A stretch of 64,000 nt of DNA from Mobula hypostoma (lineage: Eukaryota). A model generated the notes under the pieces. It was not told the origin of the DNA. It did not search any database and saw only the letters and a list, made by a program, of their open reading frames with translations. The number at the start of each line of letters is the position of its first letter. The stretch's first letter is position 1. Shown here one piece after another: positions 49,854 through 61,990 of this stretch. The position numbers and the translations under genes were made by a program. The stretch is taken from positions 26,166,001 through 26,230,000 of the forward strand of contig NC_086097.1 of assembly GCF_963921235.1 (NCBI RefSeq). The letters are read 5' to 3'.

Positions 49854-50320
49854 GTGTGTATATATTTACTTCACAGGTTCAATGTCCATTTAGGAATCGG
49901 CTGGCAGAGGGGAAGAAGCTGTTCCTGAATCGCTGAGTGTGTGCCTTCAGGCTTCTGTATCTCCTACCTGATGTAACAGTGAGAAAAGGGCTGGTCCAGG
50001 GTGATGGAGGTTTGTTGATAATGGATGCCGCCTTTCTGAGGCACTGCTCCTTTAAGATGCCATGGATACTATGGAGGCAAATACCCATGATGGAGGTGAC
50101 TATTTTAACAACTTTCTGTGGCTTCTTTTGATCCTGCACAGTAGCCACCACACCCCTGTACCAGACGGTGATGCAGCCTGTGAGAATACTCTCCATAGTT
50201 CATCTGTAGAAATTTTCAAATGTTTTCAAGTGTTTTAGATGACAAACCAAATCTCCTCAAACTCCTGATGAAGCTGCAGTCTTGCCTTCTTTATAGCTGT
50301 ATTGATATGTTGGGACCATT
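49700..50320 (-). mobile_element. Rex1/Babar LINE 3' fragment
   Basis: ESILTGCITVWY...RFRNSFFPSASRFLN. Confidence 0.85.
49782..49865. repeat. Compound (TA)n/(CA)n microsatellite
   Basis: Directly visible, within a Rex1 3' UTR. Confidence 0.95.
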
Positions 50321-50420
50321 CATAGATTATATTCATTAACACATAATAAATGACAGAGTATTTCACAATTATACTTACATAGATTTCAAATTCATATTAA
50401 CAAATTATAAAATTATATTA

Positions 50421-51470
50421 ACATAGAAACACAGAAAACCTACAGCACAATACAGGCCCTTCGGCCCTCAAAACTGTGTCAAACATGTCCTTACCTTAGA
50501 AATTACCTAGGGTTACCCATAGTCCTCTATTTTTCTATGCTCCAAGTACCTGTCCAGGAGTCTCTTAAAAGACCCTATTCTATCTGCCTCCACCACCGTC
50601 GCTGGCAGCCCACTCCATGCACTCACCACTCTCTACGTAAAAAAACTTACCACTGACATCTCTTCTGTACCTACTTCCAAGCACCTTAAAACTGTGCCCT
50701 CTTGTGCTAGCATTCCAGCCCTGGGAAAAAGCCTCTAACTATCCACATGATCGATGCCTCTCATCATCTTATACACCTCTATCAGGTCCCCTCTCATCCT
50801 CCGTTGCTCCAAGGAGAAAAGGCCAAATTCACTCAACCTGTTTTCATAAGGCATGCTCCCCAATCCAGGCAATGTCCTTGTAAATCTCCTCTGCACCCTT
50901 TCTATGGTTTCAACATCCTTCCTGTAGTGAGGCAACCAGAACTGAGCACAGTACTCCAAGTGGGGTCTGACCAGGGTCCTATCTAGCTGCAACATTACCC
51001 CTTGGCTTCTAAATTCAATTCCACGATTGATGAAGGCCAATACACCGTATGCCTTCTTAACCACAGAGCCAACCTGCGCAGCTGCTTTGAGTGTCCTATG
51101 GACTCGGACCCCAAGATCCCTCTGATCCTCCACAGTGTCAAGAGTCTTACCATTAATACTATATTCTGCCATCATATTTGATGTACCAAAATGAACCACC
51201 TCACACTTACCTGGGTTGAACTGCATCTGCCACTTCTCAGCCCAGTTCTGCATCCTATCAATGTCCTGCTGTAACCTCTGACAGCCCTCCACACTATCCA
51301 CAACACCCCCAACCTTTGTGTCATCAGCAAATTCACTAACCCATCCTTCCACTTCTTCATCCAGGTCATTTATAAAAATCACAAAGAGTAGGGGTCCCAG
51401 AACAGATCCCTGAGGCACATCACTGGTCACCAACCTCCATGCAGAATATGACCCGTCTACAACCACTCTT
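50421..51470 (-). mobile_element. CR1 LINE, 5'-truncated
   Basis: 243-aa ORF with VPQGSVLGP, EFADDTK and RPHLEYC; 3' UTR and TTTCTATG tail. Confidence 0.92.
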
Positions 51471-51489
51471 TAGAAAAGATCTTCGGAGG

Positions 51490-53112
51490 TTCAAAGTTCA
51501 AAGTAAACTTGTTAGCAAGTTTATGTCAGCATATGCAACCCTAAGATTAATTTTCTTGTGAACGTACTCAATAACTCCACAATAGAATAATAACCATAAC
51601 AGAATCTAAGGAAGTCCTCACCAACTTGGGTGTTCAATCAGTGTGCAAATCACACAAACTCTGCAAATACAAAAAAAATAAGAATAATAATGAATAAATA
51701 AGCAATAAATACCAAGAGCATGAGATGAAGAGTCCTGAAAGTGAATCCATTGTGGGAACAGTTCAGTGATAGGGCTAGTGAAGTTGAGTGAAGTTATCCC
51801 TGTTGGTTCAAGAACCTGATGACTGGGTGGTAATAGCTGTTCCTGAACCTGGTGGTGTGAGTCCTGAGGCTCCGAACCTTCTCCCTGATGGCAGCAGCAA
51901 GAAGACGGCATGACCTGAGTGGTGCAGGTCCCTCATGCAATAATGGATACCGCAGCTGACGATGATGATGATGAGATAGAAGTTTATAAAATTACTAGGG
52001 GCAGAGATAGGGTAGATAGAGTGTTCTTTCTTCAGAGTAGACATGTCAAATACTAGAGGGTGCAGCTTTAAGGTGAAAGTGAAAGTTTAAAGGACAAGTT
52101 TTGTTTTACACGAAGTATGCTGGGTGCATAGAACTAGCCACTAGAAAGGTGGTGGAAGCAGATGCAATAGCATTGCCTCAGAAGAAATTAGATTTTAGAC
52201 ACATGGACAGGCAGGGAATGGAGGGACCACGTGAAGGCAGATGTACTTTGTTAGAGTGATATCACAGTCAGCGCAGACATGAAGGGCTAAAGGGCCTGGT
52301 CCTGTGCTGTAGTGTTTTATTGGTGGGAGAGGGACGGGGCTCAGTCAGAAACCTTACATTACTCAGTTCGGAGGACCCGTCCTGTGGCTAGCATGTAAGG
52401 GCAATTACAAAGAAAACACAGCAACACCTCTACTTCCTTAGGAGATTGAGAAGATTCAGCATAACATCTAAAACTCTGAAAAACTTCTATAGGGGTGTGT
52501 AGTGAAGAGTATATTAACTGGTTGCATCACAGCCTAGTATGGATACGCTAATGCCCTTGAAAAAACTCCTACAAAAAGTAGTGGATGCCGCCCAGTCCGT
52601 CACGGGTAAAGCCCTCCCCACCATTGAGCACGTCTACATGAAACGCTGTCACAGGAAAGCAGCATCCATCATCAGGGACCCCCACTTCCCCGGACACGCT
52701 CTCTTCTCGCTGCTGCCGTCAGGAAGCGGGTAGAGGAGCCTCAGGACTCACACCACCAGGTTCAGAAACAGTTATTATCCCTCTTGAACCAAAGGGGATA
52801 ACTTCATTCAACTTCACTTGCCCATCATTGAAATGTTCCCACAATGGACTCACTTTCAAGGACTCTTCATCTCATGTTCTTGATATTTATTTCTTATTTA
52901 TTGAGTTATTTATTATTATTTGTTCCGTATTTGCACAGTTTGTGTCTTTTGCACATTGGGTGAACACCCAAGTTTGTGCGGTCCTTTATTGATTCTGTTA
53001 TGGTTATTATTCTATTATGGATTTCTTGTGTATGCCCACAATAAAATGAATCTCAGGGTTGTGTATGGTGACATATATGTTCTTGGATAATAAATTTACT
53101 TTGAATTTTGAA
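51490..53112. mobile_element. Two same-family Rex1 3' fragments in opposite orientation (51490-51940 minus; 52410-53112 plus) around a CR1 tail
   Basis: Shared GGAGCCTCAGGACTCACACCACCAGGTTCAG sequence and CTTTGAA-type tails. Confidence 0.78.
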
Positions 53113-53119
53113 CTGCAGA

Positions 53120-54492
53120 ATCTCTTGTGTCAAACAGCCGTCTGTGAGTCAAGGCTGGCACCTGGTGGTGCCTGAGGGAAGTATTCCAGCCTGCCAAGCA
53201 TCCCTCGTTGGTTAAAATTTAGTCCAGAATTGCCACTTCGCCCGTGAGATGACTTTCCAGAGGTCGTACATGGACCTCTTGTACCTTTCTGTCTCCAGAC
53301 TTGAATACCTCTGATCTGACCCTCAGCAGACTGCAGATCTCATGGTTCATCCAGGGCTTTTGGTTGGGGAGGACTCTGAATGATTTTGTGGGGATACACT
53401 CATCTACAACAGTTTTGATAAAGTCTATGACAACCATGGTGTATTCATTCAGATTCACAGATGAGTCCTTGAACACGGCCCAGTCCGCTGACTTGAAACA
53501 ACCCCGTAGCTGTGCCTCTGCCTCCCTTGTTGTCCTAATCTCTGGAGCATTGCTCTTTAACCTCTGTCTGTATGAAGGTAGGAGAAGGACAGTCAAATTT
53601 ACTGAAATGTGGTCTGAGCATGCAACGGTAGGGATTCCTTATCTTAATATAACAGTGGTCTAGTGTGTTGGGACCTCTGGTTTTACAGGTTATATGCTGA
53701 TGGTAATTGGGCTGGGCTTTCTTCAAACACATCTGGTTGAAGTCCCTGACTATGATTTGAAATGCTTTGGGATGGACTGTTTCTTGTTTGGAGATGACAT
53801 CACGCAGTACCTCTTGCGCTTGAGTACAGTCACCTGCTGGTGGTACGTAAGCAGTGATCAGGATTATGGAGGAGAGCTCCCTTGGTAAATAACATTTGAT
53901 CATTAGGTGTTCAAAGTCAAGGGAACAGGGGTCCAACAAAAGTGCCAAATCAGAGCCCCATTGAGAGTTTATCACGAAACACACACATGAACCTTTTGCC
54001 TTTTGCAAATCAGCAGTTTGGTCCATTTGGTAAATCAAGAAGCTGCTCACGGCTTGATCGCTGTATCTGGTATGCTGGAAGAAAGCCACATCTCGCTCAA
54101 ACACAGAACACGACAATCTCTCATTCCCTCCGATACAGCAGTCTTGCCCTCAGGAGTTCAGTTTTGTTCACCAGCAACTGCACATTTGCTAGCGAGATGC
54201 TTGGTAGACGGTGCCTCATCCCTCTGCGTTTCAGCCCGGGTCAGAGTACCCCCCCCCCCGCCCTGCTTCTGGCCATGGCGACAGACCTTCATCCACTTAA
54301 AATGGCCATACCTGCTAGATCCACCGAGTCCTTCAGAAGGTCGTGAAATCATTCAGTTGATTTAAAAGCACGTTGCTTAAAGGAAATCTACATGTTGCAG
54401 ATTGCAGTGAGATTAATTCAAAATAGGTATATTCAGAAGTATTACATATAGCCCACATAATGTCACCATGGTTCACCAACGCCATCTTGCCA
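53120..54492 (-). mobile_element. Rex1-type LINE 5' half (5' end + APE endonuclease remnant)
   Basis: GGCAAGATGGCG start; YLPRELSSIILITAYVPP, IVRDFN, NTLDHCY and PNQKPWMN. Confidence 0.82.
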
Positions 54493-54524
54493 CGGAATCA
54501 CAGAATGACTCAGGACAACTTGTA

Positions 54525-54700
54525 TAAAATGCTGGAGGAATTCACAGGTCAGGCAGCATCTACGGAGAGGAATAAACAGTCAATATTTTGGGCCAAGACC
54601 AGCCCATCTCGAAATGTTGACTGTTTATTCTTCCTGAGTTCCTCCAGCATTTAGTATGTGTTGCTCTGGATTTCCAGCATTTGCAGAATCTCTTGTGTTC
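54525..54700. mobile_element. Inverted Penelope terminal-repeat unit (hammerhead 5' half deleted)
   Basis: AATAAACAGTCAATATTTT arm faces GAAATGTTGACTGTTTATT arm. Confidence 0.7.
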
Positions 54701-55014
54701 AGAACAACTTCTTCCCCTATGCCATCAGATTTCTGAACGGTCCATGAACACTGTCATTATTTATACTTTAATGTAAATTAGAGTGATTTTTATGCCTTGC
54801 AGTGTACTGCCATCATGGAACAGCAATTTTCACAACATGCTGTATGTCAGTGATAATAAATGTGATTCTGATTGAGGGGGATTGACCTTAGGCTTTACAT
54901 TTACCAAATAGCTTTACCCCACAAAGCGCTTTTGGAAGCAGTGTCTGTGCGTCAAATAATGGCTCCTGATAAACAATTTGCACATAGCAGGCTGCTGCAA
55001 ACAGCAAAGCAAAA

Positions 55015-55312
55015 GATAAAAGTGAGCTTTATTTGTCACATGTACAGAGAAATGCATCATTTGCATAAAATCAGCGAGGAATGTGCTGGAGGCAGCCCTC
55101 AAATGCCTTGCTTCTGGCACCAACGTAGCATCCCCACAACTCACTAACCCTAACCCCAACCTTTGGAATGTGGAAGGAAACCGGAGAACCCAGAGGAAAC
55201 CCACGTGGTCACGGGGAGAAGGTACAAACTCATTACAGATGGCGGTGGGAATTGAACCTTGATGCTATATCTAGCATTGTGCAGTTTTGCACTAACAGCT
55301 ATGCTACCATGC
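55015..55312 (-). mobile_element. V-SINE/HE1-like tRNA-derived SINE
   Basis: Minus strand GGCATGGTAGCATAGCTG (A box-like), GGTTCAATTCC (B box), GGGTTTCCTCTGGGTTCTCCGGTTTCC core, AATAAAGC tail. Confidence 0.8.
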
Positions 55313-55809
55313 CCCCTGGCCCAAAAAGCAGGTAGTCTATGTTTTAGTGATGGTTAAACTGCTCAGAACGCTAACGTCTTCTTTGCTAATAGTTTTGTGG
55401 GATCCTTTAAACATTAAGAGCAAATGGGTTGCAATTTCATTGTGAAATCAGAAGTTCTGACCATGTTGTTCTCCTTCCACTTGCACTGGGTGCATCAGCC
55501 TGGACTTTGTGAACACACTGCTAACAACTGGGTCACGGGACAGCTGACTCTGCGGTTAGGAACTACTTCGCCATAAAATGAAACTCCCAAGGAATGAACG
55601 CTTCACCACATACTCAGCGATGGAGGGCACAGGACACTGAGAAATAAAGAGCAAGCACTAAATGATAGCTCAAGCTTTGATAGTTCTGAAATTTCCTCAG
55701 TTTTTTTGTGTGTACATTTCTCAAACTCATCTCTCAATTATTGAAAGAGCTGCTGTCTCAAACTGCCAGAAAAAGTCAGCTTGGTTACATCCCACAGAAA
55801 GCAGGAGTT

Positions 55810-57790
55810 GGCATGTTCAGTTGAAGTTGTAGTAGACAATTTGAAGTTTTGTGTGCTGGTCTGGTCACATACTTACAGGAAAAAATATCGATAAGATTAA
55901 AAGAGTACAGAAAAAATTTACATGAAAGTTGTCGGAACGTGAGGACTGAATTTTAGGGAAAGATTGAATGGACTAGGACTTCATTCCCTGGAGTGCAGGA
56001 GAATGAGGGGAGATTTGAAAGAGGTATACAAAATCATGAGGTATAGAGAAGGGTAAATGCAAGCAGGCTTTTTTCCACTGAGGGTGGGCGAGACTAGACC
56101 TAGAGGTCATGGGTTAAGTGTCTCAGGAATCCCACTACCAGGTTCAAGAACAGTTACTGTCCCTCAACCATCAGGCTCTTAAACAAAAGAGAATAACTAC
56201 ATTCATCTATTGAGATGTTCCCACAACTGATTATCTCTGTTTAAGGACTCTTTCTCTTGTTATTTTATGTTCTTGTTATTTATTGCTATTTATTTATATT
56301 TGCATTTACACAGTTAGTTGTCTTCTGCACTCTGGTTGATCTTTTATTGATCCTGTTATAGTTACTATTCTATAGAGTTGCTGAGTATGCCCGGAGGGTT
56401 GTTATGTGATGACATGTATGTACTCTGATAATAAAATTTACTTTGCTATTTGAAAGATGAAATATTTAAAGGGAACATAAGTGGGAACTTCTTCACGCAG
56501 AGGGTGGCGAGGGGGTGAGTCAAGCTGCCAGTGCAAGTAGTGGATGTGAGTTCAATTTCATACCTTTAAGAGAAGCTTGGATAGTTACATGGAAAGGAGA
56601 AGTATGGAGGGCTATGGTCCAGGTCCAGGTAGATGGGACTAGGCAGAGTTACAGTTTGGCACTGGTGACTAAATGTGCCGAATGGCCTGTTTCTGTGCTA
56701 TAATACTTTATAACACTATGTCTCTATGAAACAGCACTTCAAATTTACAACTATTTGTACTCTTCCTTGGGCTGTCTATCCTCAGCAGTGCAACTGAAGC
56801 AAAGAACGTGCAGTGGATATCACGTCTGCAGACCTGTATCCTGCCATTCTGTGAGGCGGGCTTTTGAAGTCCCGTTGAGAGTTATTTGTCATTAAGGTGC
56901 TCAGTTCACTTCCCTAGACTGTTACCTAATGGTAACCAGCAACACTGCTGAACCCCATACAACACAGCTGCTATTCACATTAAATTCATGAAAACAGAGG
57001 TCATGGGAACACAGGGCAGTGCACACAACCCGCCCCCGCTCCCGGGCGATCGCAGGAGCAAACACATTCGAGGAGGAGAAGTAGTACGCAGGGATAAAAT
57101 GACAACACTATACTTGTTGTGGTGGGAGATTCGTCATTAAATACTGATGCTCCTAATAATGTAGGAGAATGTAGAATGTGAATCAGCCCCATACTGTGAA
57201 TCCGCCCCCTGCTGTAACAGTCAATATATACAGAGATTTATCAGGATGCTGCCTGGATTACAGAGCATGTCTTATGAGGATAGGTTGAGTGAGCTCAGGC
57301 TTTTCTCTCTGGGGTGAAGCAGGATGAGAGGTGACTTGATAGAGATGTATAAGATGAGAAACTTTACAGGACTAGAGGACCCAAGTTACAGGAATGGTTG
57401 AATAGGTGAAGACATTTTTTTTTACCTGGAGTGTAGCAGAATGAGGGGAGAATTTATAGAACTATAGATAGGGTAAATGCAAGCAGACTTTTTCCGCTGA
57501 GGTTGGGTGAGACCAGAATTAGAGGTCGTGGGCTCAGCATGAAAGGTGAAATGTTTAAGGAGAGCATGAGGGGGAACGTCTCCACTCAGAGGCCGGTATG
57601 TGTATGGAACAAGCTGCCAGCAGGAGTGATGAATGTGGGTTTGATTTTAACATACAAGAAAAGTTTGGATAGGTAGATGGATGGGTGGGTTACGGAGGGC
57701 TATGGTCCCGGTGCAGGTTGGTGGGACTAAGTAGAGTAGCAGTTTGGCACCGACTGGTTAGGCCGAAGGGCCCGTTTCTGTGCTCTCTGA
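55810..57790 (+). mobile_element. Degraded CR1 3' fragments (55810-56730 with a Rex1 tail at 56121-56453; 57230-57790)
   Basis: Repeated AGAATGAGGGGAGA...AAATGCAAGCAG...3' UTR similar to 21060-21460. 56730-57230 is unique sequence. Confidence 0.7.
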
Positions 57791-57865
57791 CTCTAATCTT
57801 TTGAGAGAATGGTTCCAGCTCTTGTAACATCTGTATTGTTTAAGGGTATTCTGCTGATGAAGAAT

Positions 57866-58087
57866 ACACACAAAATGCTGGAGGAACACAGCAGGTCAGG
57901 CAGAAACAAATAGTCAACATTACAGGCCAAGAAGGGACCCCTTCCCACTGTTTGCAGTCCTGATGAAGGGTCTTGGCCTGAAACATGACTGCTTGCTTCC
58001 AGTCATAGATGCTGCCTGACCTGCTGAGTTCATCCAGCATTTTGTGTGTGTGGCTCGACATTTCCAACATCTACAGAACTTCCTGCC
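57866..58087. mobile_element. Inverted Penelope terminal-repeat unit with 16-bp TSD
   Basis: TCTGCTGATGAAGAAT at 57850-57865 and 58088-58103; inverted arms in between. Confidence 0.85.
57954..57992 (+). ncRNA. Minimal hammerhead motif (1-nt loss at the cleavage triplet)
   Basis: GCAGTC-CTGATGA-AGGGTCTTGGCCT-GAAA-CAT-GACTGC with a 6-bp stem I. Confidence 0.58.
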
Positions 58088-58499
58088 TCTGCTGATGAAG
58101 AATGTGTGAAACCAACGTGGTTGCCATCAATAAATATTGTTTTCTTCAGGCAGTCCCATGGGGTCAGGGATGGCTTGCACTCTGTTGGTTTTGAGGTGAC
58201 TATGAGGCCAGATGGGAATTGCTGACTCCTCCACAGGTAGAACGGGAGGAGCCTGATAGATGAGTGGGTACGACCAATCATTAATACAACACTTTGCAGC
58301 CTGCTGTAATTAATATAACTCAACAGCAGGTAGCAGAATAACCTCAGCTATCATTGATGGCTTGAATAGCATCCATTCTAAATTAAACTGATAAATTAGC
58401 CTATTATTGTCCCCCTTACCAAGATTCAGTGAGAAACTTCGTTTTGCATACCGTTCATAACAGTGCATTGAGGGTAAATCGGTTTATTATTGTCATGTG

Positions 58500-58960
58500 C
58501 AGAATCAGAATCAGGTTTATTATCACCTACATAAGTTGTGAAGGTTGTTTTGTACAGTACAATACATAATAAATTACAAGAAGAAATATAAAAAATTAAG
58601 TAAGATAAGTAATGCAAAAGGAGAGGGAAAATAGTGAAGTAATGTTCGGGGATCATTGTCCATTCGGAAATCTGATGGTGGAGGGGAAGAAGCTGTTCCT
58701 AAAACGCTGAGTGTGTGTTGTTATGCTCCTGTACCTCCTCCTTAATAGCAGCAATGAGAAGCATGCACGTTCTGGGGAGGGGGGTCCTTAGTGATTGGTG
58801 CTGCGTTTTTAACCCATCACCTTTTGAAGATGTCCTCGATGCTGGTGAGGCTAGTGCCCTTGATGGAGTTTCTGCTGCTTTTTTCCAATTTTGTGCAGTG
58901 GCCCTTCCATACTGAACAGTGATGCAACCTGCGAGAATGCATCACCTACATCTGTAGAAA
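58500..58960 (-). mobile_element. Rex1-type LINE 3' fragment
   Basis: AGAATCAGAATCAGG tail and GAAGCTGTTCCT motif shared with other Rex1 copies. Confidence 0.75.
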
Positions 58961-59469
58961 TGTGCAGATCATTTCACTACAAGAGTGCATTAAGGTAATA
59001 ACAGAATAATCTCTTTTCCATAGATACTGCCTAGCCTGCTGAGTTCCTCCAGCATTTTGTGTACGTCAACAGAAAAATCATAATCATAAAGACAACTGCA
59101 TCCCTTGAGTTTGAAAGTATTTCCTTTCTCCAGAGGACTGTAAACCTTTGGGATTTACCATCCCAGAACATTTAGGGCACGGAGAATATTCTTAGTTTGC
59201 GGGAGTTTGAGAGAATCAAGGGAAATGTGCAACAGAAGAGAAAGAGAGCTAAATCTGGGTTCAAGACAGGTAACTTACATAGAACAGTACTACAGGGACA
59301 GGCCCCTCTGCCCACAGTGTTGTGCTGAACTAATTAAACTGAGATTTAAAGGCCTGCTAAACTAATCCCTTCTGCCTGCATAGCTAACAGGGAAACAAAT
59401 GGGGGAATAGGACTAATCAGAAAACACAAAATATGATCTTTTTTATGTTTTTTATATAAATAATAAATA

Positions 59470-60066
59470 TTAGCTTTATTTGTCACACGTACATCGAACA
59501 CACAGTGAAATGTGTCATTTGTGTCAAATCTTTTTTTTTGGTGTGTGCCTGCGTGCGTGTGAGCCTGTGCGTGTGTGTCTGCGTGTGCGTGCGCATTTGT
59601 GTGTCCGTGATGATGGATTTTTCGTGGCTTGTTTTACCAGGTGCGGAGCGAGAGGGAGACTGTGTGCTGCCCCACTCCTCACACAGACATTTCTGCAGTA
59701 TTTTCCCTTGATTTTACGAGGTCGAGTTGTGATCCCGGCACGGATGGAAAGCGTACTCAGGAGCGGACCCGACTAGTTTCAAACCCGGGAACCTCCTCTC
59801 CCAGGTTCGGCGCCGATGTCAAATCTAATCAGTGAAGATTGTGCTGGGCAGCCTGCGAGTGCAGCTATGCTTCCAGCGTCAACATAGCATGCCCACAACT
59901 CACTAACCCTAACCTGTGTGTCTTTGGAATGTGGGAGGAAACCAGAGCACCCAGAGGAAACCCACATGGTCACAGGAAGAACATACAAACTGCTGGCAGA
60001 CAACAGGGGAATCAAAGCCCGATCTTACTGCTGCAAAGTATTGCCCTGACCACTATCCTACCGTGC
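59470..60066 (-). mobile_element. V-SINE-like SINE with a second tRNA-derived SINE nested at about 59622-59822
   Basis: Outer copy has the GGGTTTCCTCTGGGTGCTCTGGTTTCCTCCCACATTCC core. Inner copy has GGGTTTGAAAC (B box-like) and a tail similar to 34716-34770. Confidence 0.7.
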
Positions 60067-60354
60067 TCTTAAATCTTTTCACATCATTCAGGACCCTCCC
60101 CCCCCCACACACACCCGAGTATGGGAGACCAAAACTAGGAGACATAGATTTAAGGTGAGAGGGCAAAGATTTAAAAGGGGCCAGGGTGGCACCATTTTCT
60201 ACCCAGAGGGTGGTGGGTGAGTAGAATGATCTGCCAGAGGCTGTGATAGAGGTGGGTACAATTGGAAGACATTTAGACAGGTTCATGGAGAAGAAAGGTT
60301 TAGAGGAATATGGGCCATATGCAGGCAAATGAGACTAGCTCCGGTGGCAAATCA

Positions 60355-60460
60355 TAAACACAAGAGTTTCTGCAGATGCTGGAAATCCAGAGGAACACAC
60401 ACAAAATTCTGGAGGAACTCAGCAAGTCGGGCAGCATCTGTGGAGAGGAATTTCGGGCTG
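60355..60460 (-). mobile_element. Solo Penelope terminal-repeat fragment
   Basis: CTGCAGATGCTGGAAATCCAG...GGAGGAACTCAGCA...GCAGCATCT. Confidence 0.75.
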
Positions 60461-61444
60461 AATCCAAATAAAGGGCAAATCCTTCCGACAGATGAACTGG
60501 TTCAGGGCATCTGGGACAAGGCAGCTGCTTGTCTCTTGTGATAGAAAATCGGACACAAAATATCAAGAATGCTGGAGGTCCCTGGGAAAACTCCTTGCCT
60601 TTGTATGAAACTTGTTATTAACTACATTTAGAAAATAGGATAAACAATTTTGGAAGATGTTATGGGCCTGTATTGTTCCACAATCCCAACACCCTCCGAG
60701 TGAAGAAGTTTGCCCTCAGGTTCCCCTCAAATATTGCACCTTTCACTCTAAACCTATAGCTTCCAGTCTCACTCAGTCAAGGAGAGGGAGCCTGGATGCA
60801 CTCCCCAGAACTGCACATAATACTCTAAATTTGCCCTCACCAGCATCTTAACAACTTCAGCATCACATCCCAACCCCAATATTCATTGCCCTGATTTATG
60901 AAGGCCAACTCCTTATGCCTCTTTCACAGAATTATATATCTGTATTCCCAGGTGTTTTTGCCCTCTGTGTCCCACCATTCACAATGCAAGTCCTACCCTA
61001 GTTTGTCCTCCCAAAGAACGACACCTCACACTTCTCTGCATTAAATTCCATCTCCCATTTTTCAGCCTATGCTTCCGGCTGGTCCAGATTATTTTGCTTT
61101 GATAGTCTTTCTCACTGTCCACTACTCCCCCAATCTTTCCATTCTGCATTATTCTCTGACTCTAACTGCAAAAAGGTAATTTCTGCGGCATTAAGGGGCA
61201 AAGGTCAGCGAGGGTTGGAGTGTTGTACAGGAGTAGCAGAAGAGGGCTGGGCTGGGTATTCTATTATTCTGAAGGTCATTAACAAACAAGCTGGGGTAAT
61301 GATGTAGCCTCAAGATTTGACCAAGTTTATTAAAACTAGAATTGATTGTCAGCAGGACTCTGTTGTTTGATTCAACCATTCAGTTTAGTGAGTCAATTGA
61401 TTTTTCAACTTTTAAACTTGTCTGAAAGTAAAACTGACAAAGAA

Positions 61445-61690
61445 GAAGTCAGCAAGTCAGGAAGTATCTACGCAAAGGAATAAATAATTGACATTTAGGA
61501 CCGAGACCCTTCATTGGTCTGAGTCGACGTTCCCCTACCTCCCCCCTTCATTGGGACACATCCCAATGAAGCATCTTGGCCCAAAATGTCGAATGTTTGT
61601 TCCCCTCCGTAGATGCGGCCTGACCTGCTGAGTTACTCCAATATTTTGCGTGTGTGCTCTGGATTTTCAGCATCTGCAGAATCTCATATT
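61445..61690. mobile_element. Inverted Penelope terminal-repeat unit, both hammerheads degraded
   Basis: TGACATTTAGGACCGAGACCCTTCATTGG arm faces CCAATGAAGCATCTTGGCCCAAAATGTCGA arm. Confidence 0.7.
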
Positions 61691-61724
61691 TACTATCAAA
61701 GTGGGCCGCGGAACAATACCGTAG

Positions 61725-61990
61725 GGAGTGGCCCAGTAGTACAGTGGTTAGTGCAATTGCTTTATAGTGCCACCGATAACCAATTCGGGCTCGAATCCTT
61801 TCACTGTCTGTAAGGAGCTTATTCATTCTCCCTGTGACCATATGCATTCCCTCCCACATTCTAAAAGATGTATAGGTAATGGTTAGTAAATAGTGGGCAT
61901 GTTATGTTGGTGCCCAAAGCTTGGGGACACTTGCAGGAAACACTGTATGTTTCAATGTACATGTGACTAATAAAGCTAAACTTTAATCTT
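61725..61990 (+). mobile_element. V-SINE-like tRNA-derived SINE
   Basis: GGCTCGAATCC (B box), TGTCTGTAAGGAG core, ACATGTGACTAATAAAGC tail. Confidence 0.75.

Noticed and set aside
55015..55312. tRNA gene
   Set aside because: A/B-box-like head without a cloverleaf, followed by a SINE core and tail; it is a SINE.
57851..57865. CTGATGA in the TSD as an extra hammerhead
   Set aside because: No stem II or GAAA follows; coincidental, although the match to the element core might reflect microhomology at insertion.
58135..58270. Possible RTE 3' end on the minus strand
   Set aside because: Only a short, degraded resemblance; too weak to list as a feature.
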